A stretch of DNA of 64,000 nucleotides from an uncultured Candidatus Rokubacteria bacterium (GTDB lineage: Bacteria > Methylomirabilota > Methylomirabilia > Rokubacteriales > DASRDR01). The notes under the pieces are model-generated. The model had not been told where the DNA came from, did not search any database, and saw only the letters and a list, made by a program, of their open reading frames with translations. Positions 38,600 through 50,600 of the stretch are shown in pieces; the stretch's first letter is position 1, and each line of letters starts with the position of its first letter. Position numbers and translations under genes: made by a program. The stretch covers positions 64,001 through 128,000 of the forward strand of contig CAVPSB010000002.1 in NCBI GenBank assembly GCA_963708025.1, written 5' to 3'.

Positions 38600-39661
38600 T
38601 TAGATGAGATCGCGGTCGACCAGCTCCTGCTTGGTGTACGCGTAGACGATCGGGGCGATGGCCACCCCGGCCAGCCCGAAGGCCACCTCGAATGCGAAGA
38701 GCGCGGCCAGGATCTCCCACGCCGCCGCCCGGATCTCGCCCCCCACGATCCGGGCGTTGACGATGTACTCGAGCTTGTGGATCACGACCAGGAAGACGAG
38801 CGAGGCGATCGCCACCCAGACCGAGACGCCGAGCGACATCACCACGATGACCGCGTTCGACAGGAGGTTGCCGGCGACCGGGAGGAGCCCGGTCACGAAC
38901 GTCACCGCGACCAGCGTGCCGGCCAGCGGCAGGTGGACGCCAAAGAGGGGAAGGGCCACGAGCAGGTAGATCGCCGTCAGGGCGGTGTTGACCGCCGAGA
39001 TCTTGACCTGGGCGAAGACGACGGCCTCGAAGGCGGCCTCGAGCCGCGCCAGGCGCTCCGCCAGCGCTCGGGCGAGGGGTCCTTGGGTGGCCGCCGGCGT
39101 GCGGAAGAAGACCAGGAGCCCGATGGCCATCCCGACCGCGACGTGGAGGAGGGCGCGGCCCAGCTCTCCTCCGGTCTTCCGGAGCGCCGCCGCGTGGGTC
39201 CGGAGCCACTCGGCGACCGTGCCCTTCAGCGACTCGGCGTCGCTGAGCGCCTCGGGAATGAGGGATGTGCCGGCCCGCTGCTCGAGCCAGAGGCGGGTCT
39301 CGTCGAGGATCTCGGCCATCTTCTGGAACAGCGCCGGGATGTCCCCGGCGTGGCCGCGGATCAGCCCGACGAGGAAGAGCACGACGCCGACCGCGATGCC
39401 GAGCGCCACCAGCGCGACCAGGCCGGCGGCGGCGAGCTTGGCCGAGCCGTGAGAGAGGCGCCGCCCGGTCAGCCGGCGGGCCAGCCGGTGCAGGAGCCCG
39501 TTGACGAGCAGCCCGGCCAGGAGCGCCGGTACCAGGTGGAAGACGAGGACGAAGAGCAGGCCAGCGGCCATCAGGACCCAGGCCGCGCGCTCCGGCACGG
39601 TCGTCGTCGGCCGGCGCGGGGCGTCCGCGAGGGGTGGAGCGGAGGGCCGGCCGCGGCTCAT
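38600..39661 (-). CDS. AI-2E family transporter
   Basis: Multi-TM; AQVKISAVN, LLPVAGNL, IHKLEY..NARIVG. Confidence 0.85.
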   Translation of the reverse strand: MSRGRPSAPPLADAPRRPTTTVPERAAWVLMAAGLLFVLVFHLVPALLAGLLVNGLLHRLARRLTGRRLSHGSAKLAAAGLVALVALGIAVGVVLFLVGLIRGHAGDIPALFQKMAEILDETRLWLEQRAGTSLIPEALSDAESLKGTVAEWLRTHAAALRKTGGELGRALLHVAVGMAIGLLVFFRTPAATQGPLARALAERLARLEAAFEAVVFAQVKISAVNTALTAIYLLVALPLFGVHLPLAGTLVAVTFVTGLLPVAGNLLSNAVIVVMSLGVSVWVAIASLVFLVVIHKLEYIVNARIVGGEIRAAAWEILAALFAFEVAFGLAGVAIAPIVYAYTKQELVDRDLI

Positions 39662-39668
39662 GGGCTGA

Positions 39669-39971
39669 TCAGACCGGAATCAGCATCCACAACCCCGCCG
39701 ACAGCAACAGGAGGCCCAGTCCGGCCAGGGCGCTGCCGGCCGGGGTCTGGAAGCCGAGCACGATCCACGCGTAGCCGATCCCGGCCAGGCCGGCCAGCGT
39801 CAGCGTCGTGCCCACGCCGTTCCAGTAGCTCCAGACCCAGCGCGCGGCCCGGCGCCGCATCAGGAGCCAGGCCAGCCCGTGGGCCACGACGCCGACGAGG
39901 AGCACCAGGCCCAGGATCCACGCCAGGGTGCCGATGGTCGAGACGACGGCGTCGAGGGCGCGCTGGAGCAC
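39669..39971 (-). CDS. Hypothetical 3-TM membrane protein
   Basis: Hydrophobic ORF co-oriented between two minus-strand genes. Confidence 0.7.
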   Translation of the reverse strand: MLQRALDAVVSTIGTLAWILGLVLLVGVVAHGLAWLLMRRRAARWVWSYWNGVGTTLTLAGLAGIGYAWIVLGFQTPAGSALAGLGLLLLSAGLWMLIPV

Positions 39972-39986
39972 GTGGCCGAGACGGTA

Positions 39987-41576
39987 CTACAGCTCCCGCC
40001 GGAACACCACCTCGCCGCCGACCAAAGTCAGCACGGGCGCGATCGCCGGGATCCGGCGCTCCGCGCACTCGAAGACGTCGTCCGAGCAGACGATGAGGTC
40101 CGCGCGCTTGCCCGGCGCGAGCGACCCGAGCTCGGCTTCCTGGTGGGCGCCGTAGGCCGCCCACGTCGTGAAGGCCCGGACCGCCTCCGCCCGAGTCATC
40201 CGCTGGCCGGGTTGCCAGCCGTCGCCATCGGGCTCGTCGCCGAGCGGCCGCCGGGTGACCGCCGCGTAGATGCCGTGGAACGGGTTCGGGTCCTCCACCG
40301 GGAAGTCCGAGCCGCCGGCGATCACCACGCCGGTCTCGAGGAGCGAGCGCCAGGCGTACGCCCCGCGGAGCCGCTCCGGCCCCAGGCGCTCGTCGGCCCA
40401 CGGCATGTCGGAGGTGCAGTGGGTCGGCTGCATGCTCGGCAGGACGCCCAGCGCCCGGAAGCGCGGGATGTCCTCGTCGGTCAGGATCTGGGCATGTTCG
40501 ACCCGGAACCGGTGATCGGGACGCGGGGCGCGGTCCAGCGCCGCGGCGAAGGCGTCGAGGGTGAGCGTGTTGGCGCGGTCGCCGATGGCGTGGACGCAGA
40601 CCTGGAAGCCGCGGGCGGCGCCGTCCGCCACCTCGCGCGCGAGTTCGTCGGGTGGGAGCAGGAGCAGACCGTGGTTCTCCGGGTCGTCGCAGTAGGGCCC
40701 GTGAAGCGCGGCCCCGCGGGAGCCGAGGGCGCCATCCGCCACCAGCTTGAGGGCGCCGACCACGAGGCGCCCGTCGCCGATCGCCTCGGGTCCGCGCTCG
40801 CGGTACTCGGCCCACGTCTCGGCGGAGGCACCCCGCACCGCGACGTAGTTGCGGAAGGGGAACTGTCCGCGCTCGACCAGCCGGCGGTAGGCGGCGAGGG
40901 CGTAGCCGTCGGCGCCCATCTCGTGGACGCCCGTGAGGCCCTTGGCGAGGCACTCGCCGATGGCCTCGCCCACTGCCTCCTCGAAGCGGTCCGCGGAAGG
41001 CCGCGGCGCAACGGCCTGCACCAGCCGCTGGGCGGTGTCGACGAGGAGCCCGCTCGGCTCGCCGTCGGACCCCTTCGTGATGCGGCCCCCCGGCGGGTCG
41101 GGGGTGTGCCGCGTGATCCCGGCCGCGTGCAGGGCGGCCGAGTTCGCCCAGATGGCGTGGCCGTCCACGCGGGTCAGCGCCGCCGGGTGGCGGGGCGCGG
41201 CCCGGTCGAGCGAGGCCTTCGTGGGGAACTGCCGGCCCGGCCACCGGTTCTGATCCCAGCCGCGGCCGCCGATCCACTCGCCCGGAGCCAGGCGGGCCGT
41301 GTGCTCCCGCACCCGGCCGGCGGCCTCGTCCTCGGAGCGGGCGCCGGCGAGGTCGAGGACCAGCCGGAGCCGGGCCAGGTGCATCAGGTGACCGTGGCAG
41401 TCGACGAGGCCGGGCAGGACCGCCCGCCCGCCGAGGTCGATGACGCGCTCCGCGGCCGGCACGCTCACGTCGGCCCGGCGGCCCGCGAACGCGATCCGGC
41501 CGTCCCTCACGACCAGGGTGTCGACGACCGCGTCCGCGCGGTCCAGCGTGTAGATCCGCCCGTTGGTCAGCAGCAT
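39987..41576 (-). CDS. Amidohydrolase 3 family (YtcJ-like)
   Basis: [41 protein letters not shown]. Confidence 0.9.
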   Translation of the reverse strand: MLLTNGRIYTLDRADAVVDTLVVRDGRIAFAGRRADVSVPAAERVIDLGGRAVLPGLVDCHGHLMHLARLRLVLDLAGARSEDEAAGRVREHTARLAPGEWIGGRGWDQNRWPGRQFPTKASLDRAAPRHPAALTRVDGHAIWANSAALHAAGITRHTPDPPGGRITKGSDGEPSGLLVDTAQRLVQAVAPRPSADRFEEAVGEAIGECLAKGLTGVHEMGADGYALAAYRRLVERGQFPFRNYVAVRGASAETWAEYRERGPEAIGDGRLVVGALKLVADGALGSRGAALHGPYCDDPENHGLLLLPPDELAREVADGAARGFQVCVHAIGDRANTLTLDAFAAALDRAPRPDHRFRVEHAQILTDEDIPRFRALGVLPSMQPTHCTSDMPWADERLGPERLRGAYAWRSLLETGVVIAGGSDFPVEDPNPFHGIYAAVTRRPLGDEPDGDGWQPGQRMTRAEAVRAFTTWAAYGAHQEAELGSLAPGKRADLIVCSDDVFECAERRIPAIAPVLTLVGGEVVFRREL

Positions 41577-41582
41577 GCGCCC

Positions 41583-41611
41583 ATCGTGGGCGGGGTCCGG
41601 TCCCCCGTCAA
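41583..41611 (-). promoter_or_regulatory. Sigma-70-type leaderless promoter candidate
   Basis: TTGACG-17-CACGAT, with ATG 6 nt downstream. Confidence 0.5.
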
Positions 41612-41658
41612 GCCCGCCCGGGGTCCCGAGAGGGAACTCACCCGAGAGGGGACTCGCC

Positions 41659-41688
41659 TTGACAGGGCGCGCGGTTCCCCCCTAGACT
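41659..41688 (+). promoter_or_regulatory. Sigma-70-type promoter of the ABC operon
   Basis: TTGACA-18-TAGACT. Confidence 0.6.
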
Positions 41689-41800
41689 CCGCCTGTTCCT
41701 CGCATCCAACCATTCCGGCTCTGGGCGAGGCAGCATGCCCCTGACACGTCGTGTCGTCGAATCGCTGGCCGGCCCGGCCGTCGCCGTCCTGGTCTGACCC

Positions 41801-42703
41801 GTGGCCGGCCAGGCCGCGGAGGTGGTCGGGGGGTCGGTCTCGGTCCCCCGGCGGGGTCGGGCTGGGGCCGCCGCCTGGCGGCGGTCGCTGCGGCTGGTCC
41901 TGCGCAGCGCGGCCGTGCTGCTGGGCACGGGCTTCGCCCTCCTCGTCGTTCTCATGGCCCTCTTCGCGGGCGTGCTCGCCCCCACGGCGCCCGACGAGCA
42001 GAACTTCGACCTGATCGAGACGCCGCCGGGGGCGCAGGCGCTCCTGGGCACCGACCGATTCGGCCGCGACGTCCTGAGCCGCGTGATCTACGGCTCCCGT
42101 ATCTCGCTCTACGTCGCCCTGGTCTCCGTCGGCACGGCGATGCTCCTGGGCGGCGGCCTGGGGCTGGTCGCCGGCTACGCGGGCGGCGGCTGGGACAACG
42201 CGATCAGCCGCGTAATGGACGTCTTCTTCAGCATCCCCGGCCTGCTGCTGGCGGTCGGGATCGCGGCGATGCGGGGCCCCGGGCTCAACAGCGCGGTCAT
42301 CGCCATCGCGATCCTGTACACGCCGATCTTCGTCCGGGTCATGCGGGCCCCGGTCCTCGGCGAGCGGGAGAAGGAGTACGTGGAAGCGGTCCGCGCCCTC
42401 GGCGCCGGTCGCTGGCTCGTGGTGGGGAAGCACATCCTGCCCAACGTCATCTCCCCGTTCGTCGTGCAGGGCACCGTCGCCTTTTCCCAGGCGATCCTGA
42501 TCGAGGCGTCGCTCAGCTACCTCGGGCTGAGCGTCCAGCCCCCGACCCCGTCATGGGGGAACATGCTCAACGAGGGACGCACGTACCTCGAGACCGCGCC
42601 CTGGATCTCCGTGTTCCCGGGCATCGCCATCATGCTGGCGGTCCTGGCCTTCAACCTGGTCGGCGACGGGCTGAGAGACGTCCTCGACCCCAAGTCACGT
42701 TAG
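41801..42703 (+). CDS. Peptide/nickel ABC permease, DppC type
   Basis: LGTDRFGRD, EYVEA.RALGA, HILPN, PSWGNML, GDGLRD.LDP. Confidence 0.92.
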   Translation: MAGQAAEVVGGSVSVPRRGRAGAAAWRRSLRLVLRSAAVLLGTGFALLVVLMALFAGVLAPTAPDEQNFDLIETPPGAQALLGTDRFGRDVLSRVIYGSRISLYVALVSVGTAMLLGGGLGLVAGYAGGGWDNAISRVMDVFFSIPGLLLAVGIAAMRGPGLNSAVIAIAILYTPIFVRVMRAPVLGEREKEYVEAVRALGAGRWLVVGKHILPNVISPFVVQGTVAFSQAILIEASLSYLGLSVQPPTPSWGNMLNEGRTYLETAPWISVFPGIAIMLAVLAFNLVGDGLRDVLDPKSR

Positions 42704-42713
42704 GAGGACACCC

Positions 42714-44246
42714 ATGATCACGCGTCGCGAGATGCTCAAGGCCGGCAGCCTCGGGCTCGGGGCCCTCGCCCTCGGCACGCCCGCCTTCGGCCAGACGCCG
42801 AAGCGGGGCGGCACCTTCATCTCCGCCCAGACCACGGAGGCCACCGGGCTGGATCCCCAGCTCGTCCCGGCCTTCTCGCGCAGCCGCCGGTCGCCGATGA
42901 TGTACAGCCAGCTCGTCCGCTTCGATCCCGACATGACCGCGGTCCCCGAGCTGGCCGAATCCTGGCAGGTGAGCCCGGACGGGCTGACCTGGACGTTCAA
43001 GCTCCGGGAGGGCGTGAAGTTCCACGACGGGCAGGAGATGACGTCGGCGGACGTCAAGTTCACCTTCGACCGCCTGTTCGAGAAGTCGCCGGGTAAATCG
43101 GATTTCATCGCGGTGGACAAGGTGGAGCCGTCCGGGAAGTACGGGGTCAAGTTCGTGACCAAGGAGCCGTTCGCCGGGCTCCTGGCCGCGCTCGGCGGCT
43201 TCTGGGGCTTCATCATCAGCGAGGCGGGGATCAAGAAGCACGGCGACCTCAACAAGACCGCGCTCGGTACCGGCCCCTTCGTGCTCGACGACTGGAAGGT
43301 GGAGCAGCAGATGGTGCTGAAGCGCCACGCCGGCTACTTCAGGAAGACCGTGCCCCTCGTGGACGAGGTGGTGCTGCGCATCATCCCGGACGAGGCCAAC
43401 ATCGTGGCCGCGCTGCGGACCGGGCAGATCCACCACGCCTTCATCGAGGACAACAAGAACTACAACCTCCTCAAGGACGAGAAGGCCTTGACCGGCTACC
43501 GCAGCTCGCGGCTCGGCTACGACTTCCTCAACATCAACGCGAGCCGCGGCCCCCTCAAGGACGTCCGCGTGCGCCAGGCGATCAGCTGGGCCGTCGACCG
43601 CGCCCAGGTCATGCGGGTGGCGGCGGCCGGGTTCGGCCGGCTGACCGCGCCGGCCACCGCGCCCATGAAGCAGTGGCAGCTCCCGGAAGAGGCGTGGATG
43701 AAGTACTACAAGCCTGACCTCGACAAGGCGAGGAAGCTCCTGGCCGAAGCCGGTCACGCCGGCGGCTTCACGGTCAAGCTCGGCGTCATCCCCACGTTCC
43801 CGACCATGGTCTCGGGGGCGCCGGTGGTCGCCGCCCAGCTCAAGAAGATCGGCATCACCGCCGAGATCGAGAACGTCGAGTACGCGGTCTGGATCAAGCG
43901 GTGGCTGGCCAAGGACTTCGACCTCACGATGAACACGACCCCGGGGTATGCCGATCCCGACACCGCGTTCTTCCGCGCGCTCCACTCGACCAAGGGGCAG
44001 AACTGGAACAGCTGGAGCGTGCCCGACCTGGACGGGCTCCTCGAGGAGGGGCGCCGGACGATGGACCAGAAGAAGCGCAAGGAGATCTACGACCGCGTCC
44101 AGGTCCTGATCCTGGAAAATGTGCCGCACCTCTGGCTGTTCTCGGCCGATACCATCGACTTCACCCAGGCCTCGGTGAAGGGCTTCAAGCAGCACCCGAC
44201 CACGCTGCTCTACGGGTTCGAGGGCGTCTGGCTCGACAAGGCGTAG
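42714..44246 (+). CDS. ABC substrate-binding protein family 5, Tat signal
   Basis: TRREML, LAESW, LREGVKFHDG, GTGPF, VRQAI. Confidence 0.92.
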   Translation: MITRREMLKAGSLGLGALALGTPAFGQTPKRGGTFISAQTTEATGLDPQLVPAFSRSRRSPMMYSQLVRFDPDMTAVPELAESWQVSPDGLTWTFKLREGVKFHDGQEMTSADVKFTFDRLFEKSPGKSDFIAVDKVEPSGKYGVKFVTKEPFAGLLAALGGFWGFIISEAGIKKHGDLNKTALGTGPFVLDDWKVEQQMVLKRHAGYFRKTVPLVDEVVLRIIPDEANIVAALRTGQIHHAFIEDNKNYNLLKDEKALTGYRSSRLGYDFLNINASRGPLKDVRVRQAISWAVDRAQVMRVAAAGFGRLTAPATAPMKQWQLPEEAWMKYYKPDLDKARKLLAEAGHAGGFTVKLGVIPTFPTMVSGAPVVAAQLKKIGITAEIENVEYAVWIKRWLAKDFDLTMNTTPGYADPDTAFFRALHSTKGQNWNSWSVPDLDGLLEEGRRTMDQKKRKEIYDRVQVLILENVPHLWLFSADTIDFTQASVKGFKQHPTTLLYGFEGVWLDKA

Positions 44247-44513
44247 CGGGCGGGGCCGATGAGCGTCGCAACGTTCATCTCGGTCGGGACGCGCTCGGCC
44301 TGCTTCATTGGACGGCCCGGCCGGGGGCGTCCGTCCCGACCTATGGTCGTCCTCGGTCGAAGCCCATCCTCGGCGTATGCGGCATACGCCTGCGGTGGGC
44401 GACTCCCTGCGTCCATCGGACGGCCTTCGGCCTGGGGGCGCTGCTCGCTCCTCGGCCCCGCCCTCGCGTGAGCGTGACGGATCTGCCATGACGGCAACGC
44501 TTCGACAAGCGTA
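44247..44513 (-). repeat. Family-2 structured repeat, copy B
   Basis: Near-perfect 18-bp terminal IR GGGCGGGGCCGA(G/T)GAGCG; GGCGTATG-CGG-CATACGCC hairpin; TACGCT -10-like box at 44508-44513. Confidence 0.8.
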
Positions 44514-44548
44514 AGACGGCGGAACCGGAGCGAAAGAGGGCGGTCGCC

Positions 44549-45499
44549 ATGGGGCGGTATCTCGTCGTCCGACTCTACTCGATGGCGCTGACCCTGGCCG
44601 GGCTGACGGTCCTGGTCTTCCTCATGCTGCGGCTCATCCCGGGAACCGTCGTCGAGCAGATGATCGGCGCCGACGCGGTCGTGAGCCCGGCGATGGTCGC
44701 CGAGTTGCGGCGGTTCTTCGGGCTCGATCGACCCTGGTACGTCCAGTACTGGAGCTGGCTCAGCGGCGTGGCCCGGGGCGACCTCGGGACGTCGTGGAGG
44801 ACCGGGATGCCGGTCACCCAGCTCATCCTCGAGCGGCTTCCGGTCACGCTCGAGCTGACGGCGCTGGCCGTCGGCTTCGCCCTCGTCATCGGCATGGCGG
44901 CGGGTATCGTCTCCGCGGTCCGCCAGAACCGGGCCATCGATCAGGTCACCCGGGTCGGCGCGCTCCTCGGGCTGTCCGTTCCCGTCTTCTGGCAGGGCAC
45001 GATGCTGATCCTCTTCTTTTCCCTCTACCTCCGGTGGATGCCGCCGGTGGTCTGGGTCGATCTCGTCACCGACCCCCGGCGGAACCTGACCATCATGCTG
45101 CTCCCGGCGATCTGTCTGGGCACCGCCAGCGCGGCCAACATCGCCCGCACCACGCGCGCGTGCATGCTGGACGTCCTGCGCTCCGAGTACGTCCGCACCG
45201 CGCTCGCCAAGGGCCTGGGCGGCCGGGCGGTGCTGCTCAAGCACGCGATGAAGAACGCGCTGATCCCGGTGGTGACGGTGGCGGGGCTGCAGGTGGGCGT
45301 GTTACTCGGCGGGACGGTCGTGGTGGAGGAGGTCTTCACGCTCCCGGGGATCGGCCGGCTGGTCCTGTGGTCGATCTACCAGCGGGACTACCCCCTGACC
45401 CAGAGCACGATCGTGTTCATCGGCGCGCTCTTCATGACCCTCAATCTGCTGGTCGACCTGCTCTACGGGTACCTGGAGCCGCGCATTCGCTTCGGCTAG
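44549..45499 (+). CDS. Peptide/nickel ABC permease, DppB type
   Basis: GLDRP..QY..W, GDLG.S, YVRTA.AKG, KHA.KNA, RDYP. Confidence 0.92.
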   Translation: MGRYLVVRLYSMALTLAGLTVLVFLMLRLIPGTVVEQMIGADAVVSPAMVAELRRFFGLDRPWYVQYWSWLSGVARGDLGTSWRTGMPVTQLILERLPVTLELTALAVGFALVIGMAAGIVSAVRQNRAIDQVTRVGALLGLSVPVFWQGTMLILFFSLYLRWMPPVVWVDLVTDPRRNLTIMLLPAICLGTASAANIARTTRACMLDVLRSEYVRTALAKGLGGRAVLLKHAMKNALIPVVTVAGLQVGVLLGGTVVVEEVFTLPGIGRLVLWSIYQRDYPLTQSTIVFIGALFMTLNLLVDLLYGYLEPRIRFG

Positions 45500-45576
45500 G
45501 GTCAGGCCTTTCATTCTATCAATCTGCCGTGCTGGGCGGCGCCGCTGCGAAATGTCAAGAATGAAAGGCCTGACCC
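45499..45576. repeat. REP-like 19-bp perfect inverted repeat
   Basis: GGGTCAGGCCTTTCATTCT (45499-45517) / AGAATGAAAGGCCTGACCC (45558-45576) between convergent genes. Confidence 0.8.
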
Positions 45577-46019
45577 CCGTCGGGCAGGACGAGCTGGGCG
45601 ATCTGGTCGTCGACCACCTCACCGGTCGCCTCGACCGTGAAGTTCGAGGTGATGAGCCCAGTGGCGCCGGCGAAGGCGCCGTCGCCCCCCGTCACCTCCC
45701 AGATCACCGCGCCCATGACCCGGCCCGGGATCCCGCTGGGCCCCCGCACGCCGTGGCCCACCGTGCGGAAGGTGAGGGACCCCGCGGCACCGTAGCGGAT
45801 CCAGCCCGACTCGACGAAGGTTCCGCTCCCGGTCAGCTCGACCTCGGCATCCAGGGTCGCGGTCTCCCCGCCGAGGGGCTCGACGCGCCCCTCGACACCC
45901 GCCGCCGCCAGCGTCGTCCGGAAGAGCTGGCTCTGGGCGGTGGTCGCGCCTCGCCGGCGCCCCGGGGCGACCTCGACTCCTCGACCCCGGAACCGGAGCG
46001 CGAAGACGAGCGGTTTCAT
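45555..46019 (-). CDS. Hypothetical beta-rich protein (dirigent/AOC-like barrel suspected)
   Basis: MKPLVFALRFRG..WEVTGGDGAFAGATGLITSNF. Confidence 0.75.
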   Translation of the reverse strand: MKPLVFALRFRGRGVEVAPGRRRGATTAQSQLFRTTLAAAGVEGRVEPLGGETATLDAEVELTGSGTFVESGWIRYGAAGSLTFRTVGHGVRGPSGIPGRVMGAVIWEVTGGDGAFAGATGLITSNFTVEATGEVVDDQIAQLVLPDGGQAFHS

Positions 46020-46135
46020 CGAGTCCACCCCCACCCTTCGGACGGCCTTCGGCCTGTGGCGCCGGCCTTCGGCCTTTGGCGACCCCTCCCCACCCGTTCG
46101 ACGGCCTTCGGCCTTCGGCCGGGGGGAGGGGAGAT
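46020..46135 (-). repeat. Family-1 repeat copy 9
   Basis: Several GGCCGAAGGCC units; ends gggtgggggtggactcg-ATG like copy 2. Confidence 0.8.
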
Positions 46136-46215
46136 GGCCCGATGTCCCTCCGAGGCGACAGGCAGCGGACAGGCCTTGCGTTGACCGAGGGTCCCTCATG
46201 ATCGGCTCGGGCCCT

Positions 46216-47569
<1,354 letters not shown>

Positions 47570-47608
47570 AGCTCCTCCTCCCTTCGGCCTCACGGGAAGA
47601 GTGGGCCA

Positions 47609-47637
47609 ACCTTAGCCCGCGACGGAGGTGGGGTCAA
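47609..47637 (-). promoter_or_regulatory. Sigma-70-type promoter
   Basis: TTGACC-17-TAAGGT upstream of the MBL gene. Confidence 0.55.
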
Positions 47638-47674
47638 GAGGCTTCCCCCTCGCCCGCGGGGTCAGCCCGATGGC

Positions 47675-50600
47675 CTACGGAGCGACCAGGAATCCCTGCG
47701 CGTCCCAGGTTGGCGGCGTTTGCCGGCGGCGCTCGTCGCGCCGGCGGTCGGGGGCCCCCGGATCGACCCGGTCTCGGCGTTCCTCGCGCCGGCGGTCCCA
47801 GATCACCTGCCGGAGGTTCAGAGCCTCGAGATGCTCCTGCAGGGTTGCGAACAGCTCGGCCTCGCCCCGCCGGACGATGGCCAACCCCGGCGGGATGGCC
47901 TCGTCGTCGAGGGAGACCGCCAGCTCGCGGGCCAGTCGCTCGGTCTCGGCGACGTAGTGGGGGATGCGCAGCATCCGGAACGCCGCGTAGGCCTCGCGGA
48001 GCTGGCGGGCGACCCCGGTCCGGTCGTTCCGGGCATGGGCGAGCCCGGCGAGCGACAGGCGTGTCCACGCCACCAGGAAGCGGGCGTAGGTACGCGTGAA
48101 GGTCTCCAGGGCGTCGGTCAGGTACGTGTCCGCCGCGGCCAGATCGCCGCTTGCCAGCGCGATCCGTCCCATGGCGTGCCGAGCCCAGCCAAGCCCATAC
48201 GAGTAACTCGCCTCGGCGGACAGCCGCATCCCCTCGCTCGCCAGTTCCCGGGCGGCTTCTACCTGGCCCCGTACGAGGTAAGCCTCGCCAAGAAACGTGG
48301 CAAAGCGGCCCTCGAGCTGGCGGAACCCGAACTGCCGCATCTTGGCCACCGCCTCATCGAGCAAGGTGACGGCGTCCGCGACCTCGCCCTTCCCGAGGTA
48401 GACGTAGCCGAGATGACCGAGGACGATCGCGGTGTTGAGAGGATCGGGCGACTGCCCGAGTGCGCGCCGGCAGGCCTCGATGGCCACCGCCCAGTTCCCG
48501 GTCAGCGCCTGGATCCACCCCGTGGTCCATGTCGCGTAGCTCTCGATCCGGCGATCACCGAGCGCCTCGCCGACGGCGAGCGCCCGGGCTTCGGCCTCCA
48601 GCGCAAGGTCGAAGGCGCCGATGGTGATGTAGTTGATGCCGACGATCCAGTGGGCCAGGCCGAGCCACCAGCGTTCGCCGGCCGCCGCGAGGAGATCGGC
48701 GGCCCGACGACCGCGGGCGATGCCGAGGATGGGCTGGCCGCCCCAGGAGGCGGCCTGCGCGAGGACCAGGTAGGCACGGCCCATGGTCGCTTCATCGTGG
48801 TGCCGGCCGGCCGCGTCCAGAGCCTGGTGGGCGTGCTGGGCCGCCCGCTCATACTCGCCGAGGTAGCTGAAGGTGTGGGCCAGCCAGAAGTGATAGGGGC
48901 CAACCAGCGCGGGCAGCGCCTCCCCCCGCTCGAGCTGTACCTGCTCGCCGAGTAGGAGGTCGCGGGTCTCGGGGAACCGCCCGAGGAACGACAGGCAGTG
49001 GGCCAGCCGCAGGACGAGGTCGAGCCGGCTGGCCTCCCGGGTGCCGGGCGGAAGCCGGTCGGCGTGCTCCAGGGCCTCCCGCAGCGCGGCGACCGCCTCG
49101 ACGTGGGCGTGCCTCCGGGCCGCCTTGTCGGCGAAGCGCCCGAGGTACTCGACGGCCTTGTCGGCCTGCTTGGCCTTGGCGTAGTGGTACGCCAGCCGTT
49201 CGTAGGCTTCCTCCAGGCGGTCCGCGTAGAACCCTTCTAGCGCCCGCCCGGCGGCCGCGTGAACGGCCTGGCGGCGGGCAACCGGCAGGCTCTCGCGCGC
49301 GACATCCCGGGTGAGGGCGTGCCGGAACACGTAGACGGGCTCGTCCCCGACAGGCCGATCGTAGAGGAACTCGAGCCGCATCAGCTCACGGAGCGCCGGC
49401 TCCAGGTCGCCCGGCCCCTCCCAGACGGCCGCCAGCAGGCGGCGGGGCACTTCACGCCCGAGCACGGCCACCGTCTGGACGAGCTGGCGCGGGACTTCGG
49501 GCAACCGGTCGATCCGGGTGACGAGGACCTCCTGGATCGTGTCGGGCACCAGCTCGTCCGGGCCCGGCTCTCCCTGGGCTCCCACGGTCCGGACCAGCTC
49601 CTCCAGGAAGAACGGGTTCCCCTCGGCCTTCTCGACCAGGCGCCGGGCGAGATCGTCCGGCACCGCGCCGGCGGGGACCACGGAGCGGACCACCGCGAAG
49701 CTCTCCTCGGGGGCGAGGGGCTGGAGCGAGATCTGGGTCGCGTACGACTTCTCGAGCCAGCGCGGGCGCGAGCCGGGCCGGTAGGTCAGCACCAGCAGAA
49801 TGGCGGCGCCCGCGAGGCTCTCCACCAGGGAGTCGAGGTACGCCTCGGACGCCCGATCGATCCAGTGGATGTCCTCGAGCGCCAGGATGAGCGGGCGCCG
49901 GCGACTGCCTTCCAGCGAGAGTTGCCACATGACCTGAAACGTCCGCGACGGGACCGCCTCGGGGGCCAGCTCCGCCAGCCGCTCGGTCCCTTCCTTCACG
50001 CCGAGCAGGTGGAGCAGGTACGGGGCGGCCGCGTCGGCGTCCATCCCGACCGCTCGCACGCCGGCCCGGACCTTCTCGGCGATGACCTCGGGGCCGTCAC
50101 TCTCGCCGATCCGGCAGTTCTGCCGAAGCATCTCGATGATCGGCAGGTACGGGATGGTCGTCCCGTACGAGAAGCAGTGGCCCTCGAGGTAGGTGACCGG
50201 CTCGCTGGCCAGTTGCTGGCGCAGCTCGAAGAGGAGTCGGGACTTGCCGATCCCGGTCTCGCCCCCGATGCCGACGATCTGGCCGTGACCGCGCTGGGCG
50301 GTCGCCAGCCGGCTCTGCAGCAGCGTCAGCTCGTCGCGCCGGCCGACGAACGCGGCCATCCGCTGGCCGAAGGCGGTGCGCTCGAGCCCCACCAGTCGAT
50401 ACGCGGGGCCAGCGGTCGGCGGCATGTCGAGGGGTACCAGCTCGAAGCGGCGCGTGAGGAAGGGCGCCGCCGCGGCGCTGACGGCGATCGTGTCGGGCGG
50501 GGTGTCGCGGGTGAGGGCGTCCAGCGTGGCCCACGCCTCCCGCCGCGCGTCGGCGTCGATCTCGGCCACGCCGCCCGCGTGGCCGACGGAGACCTCGGCG

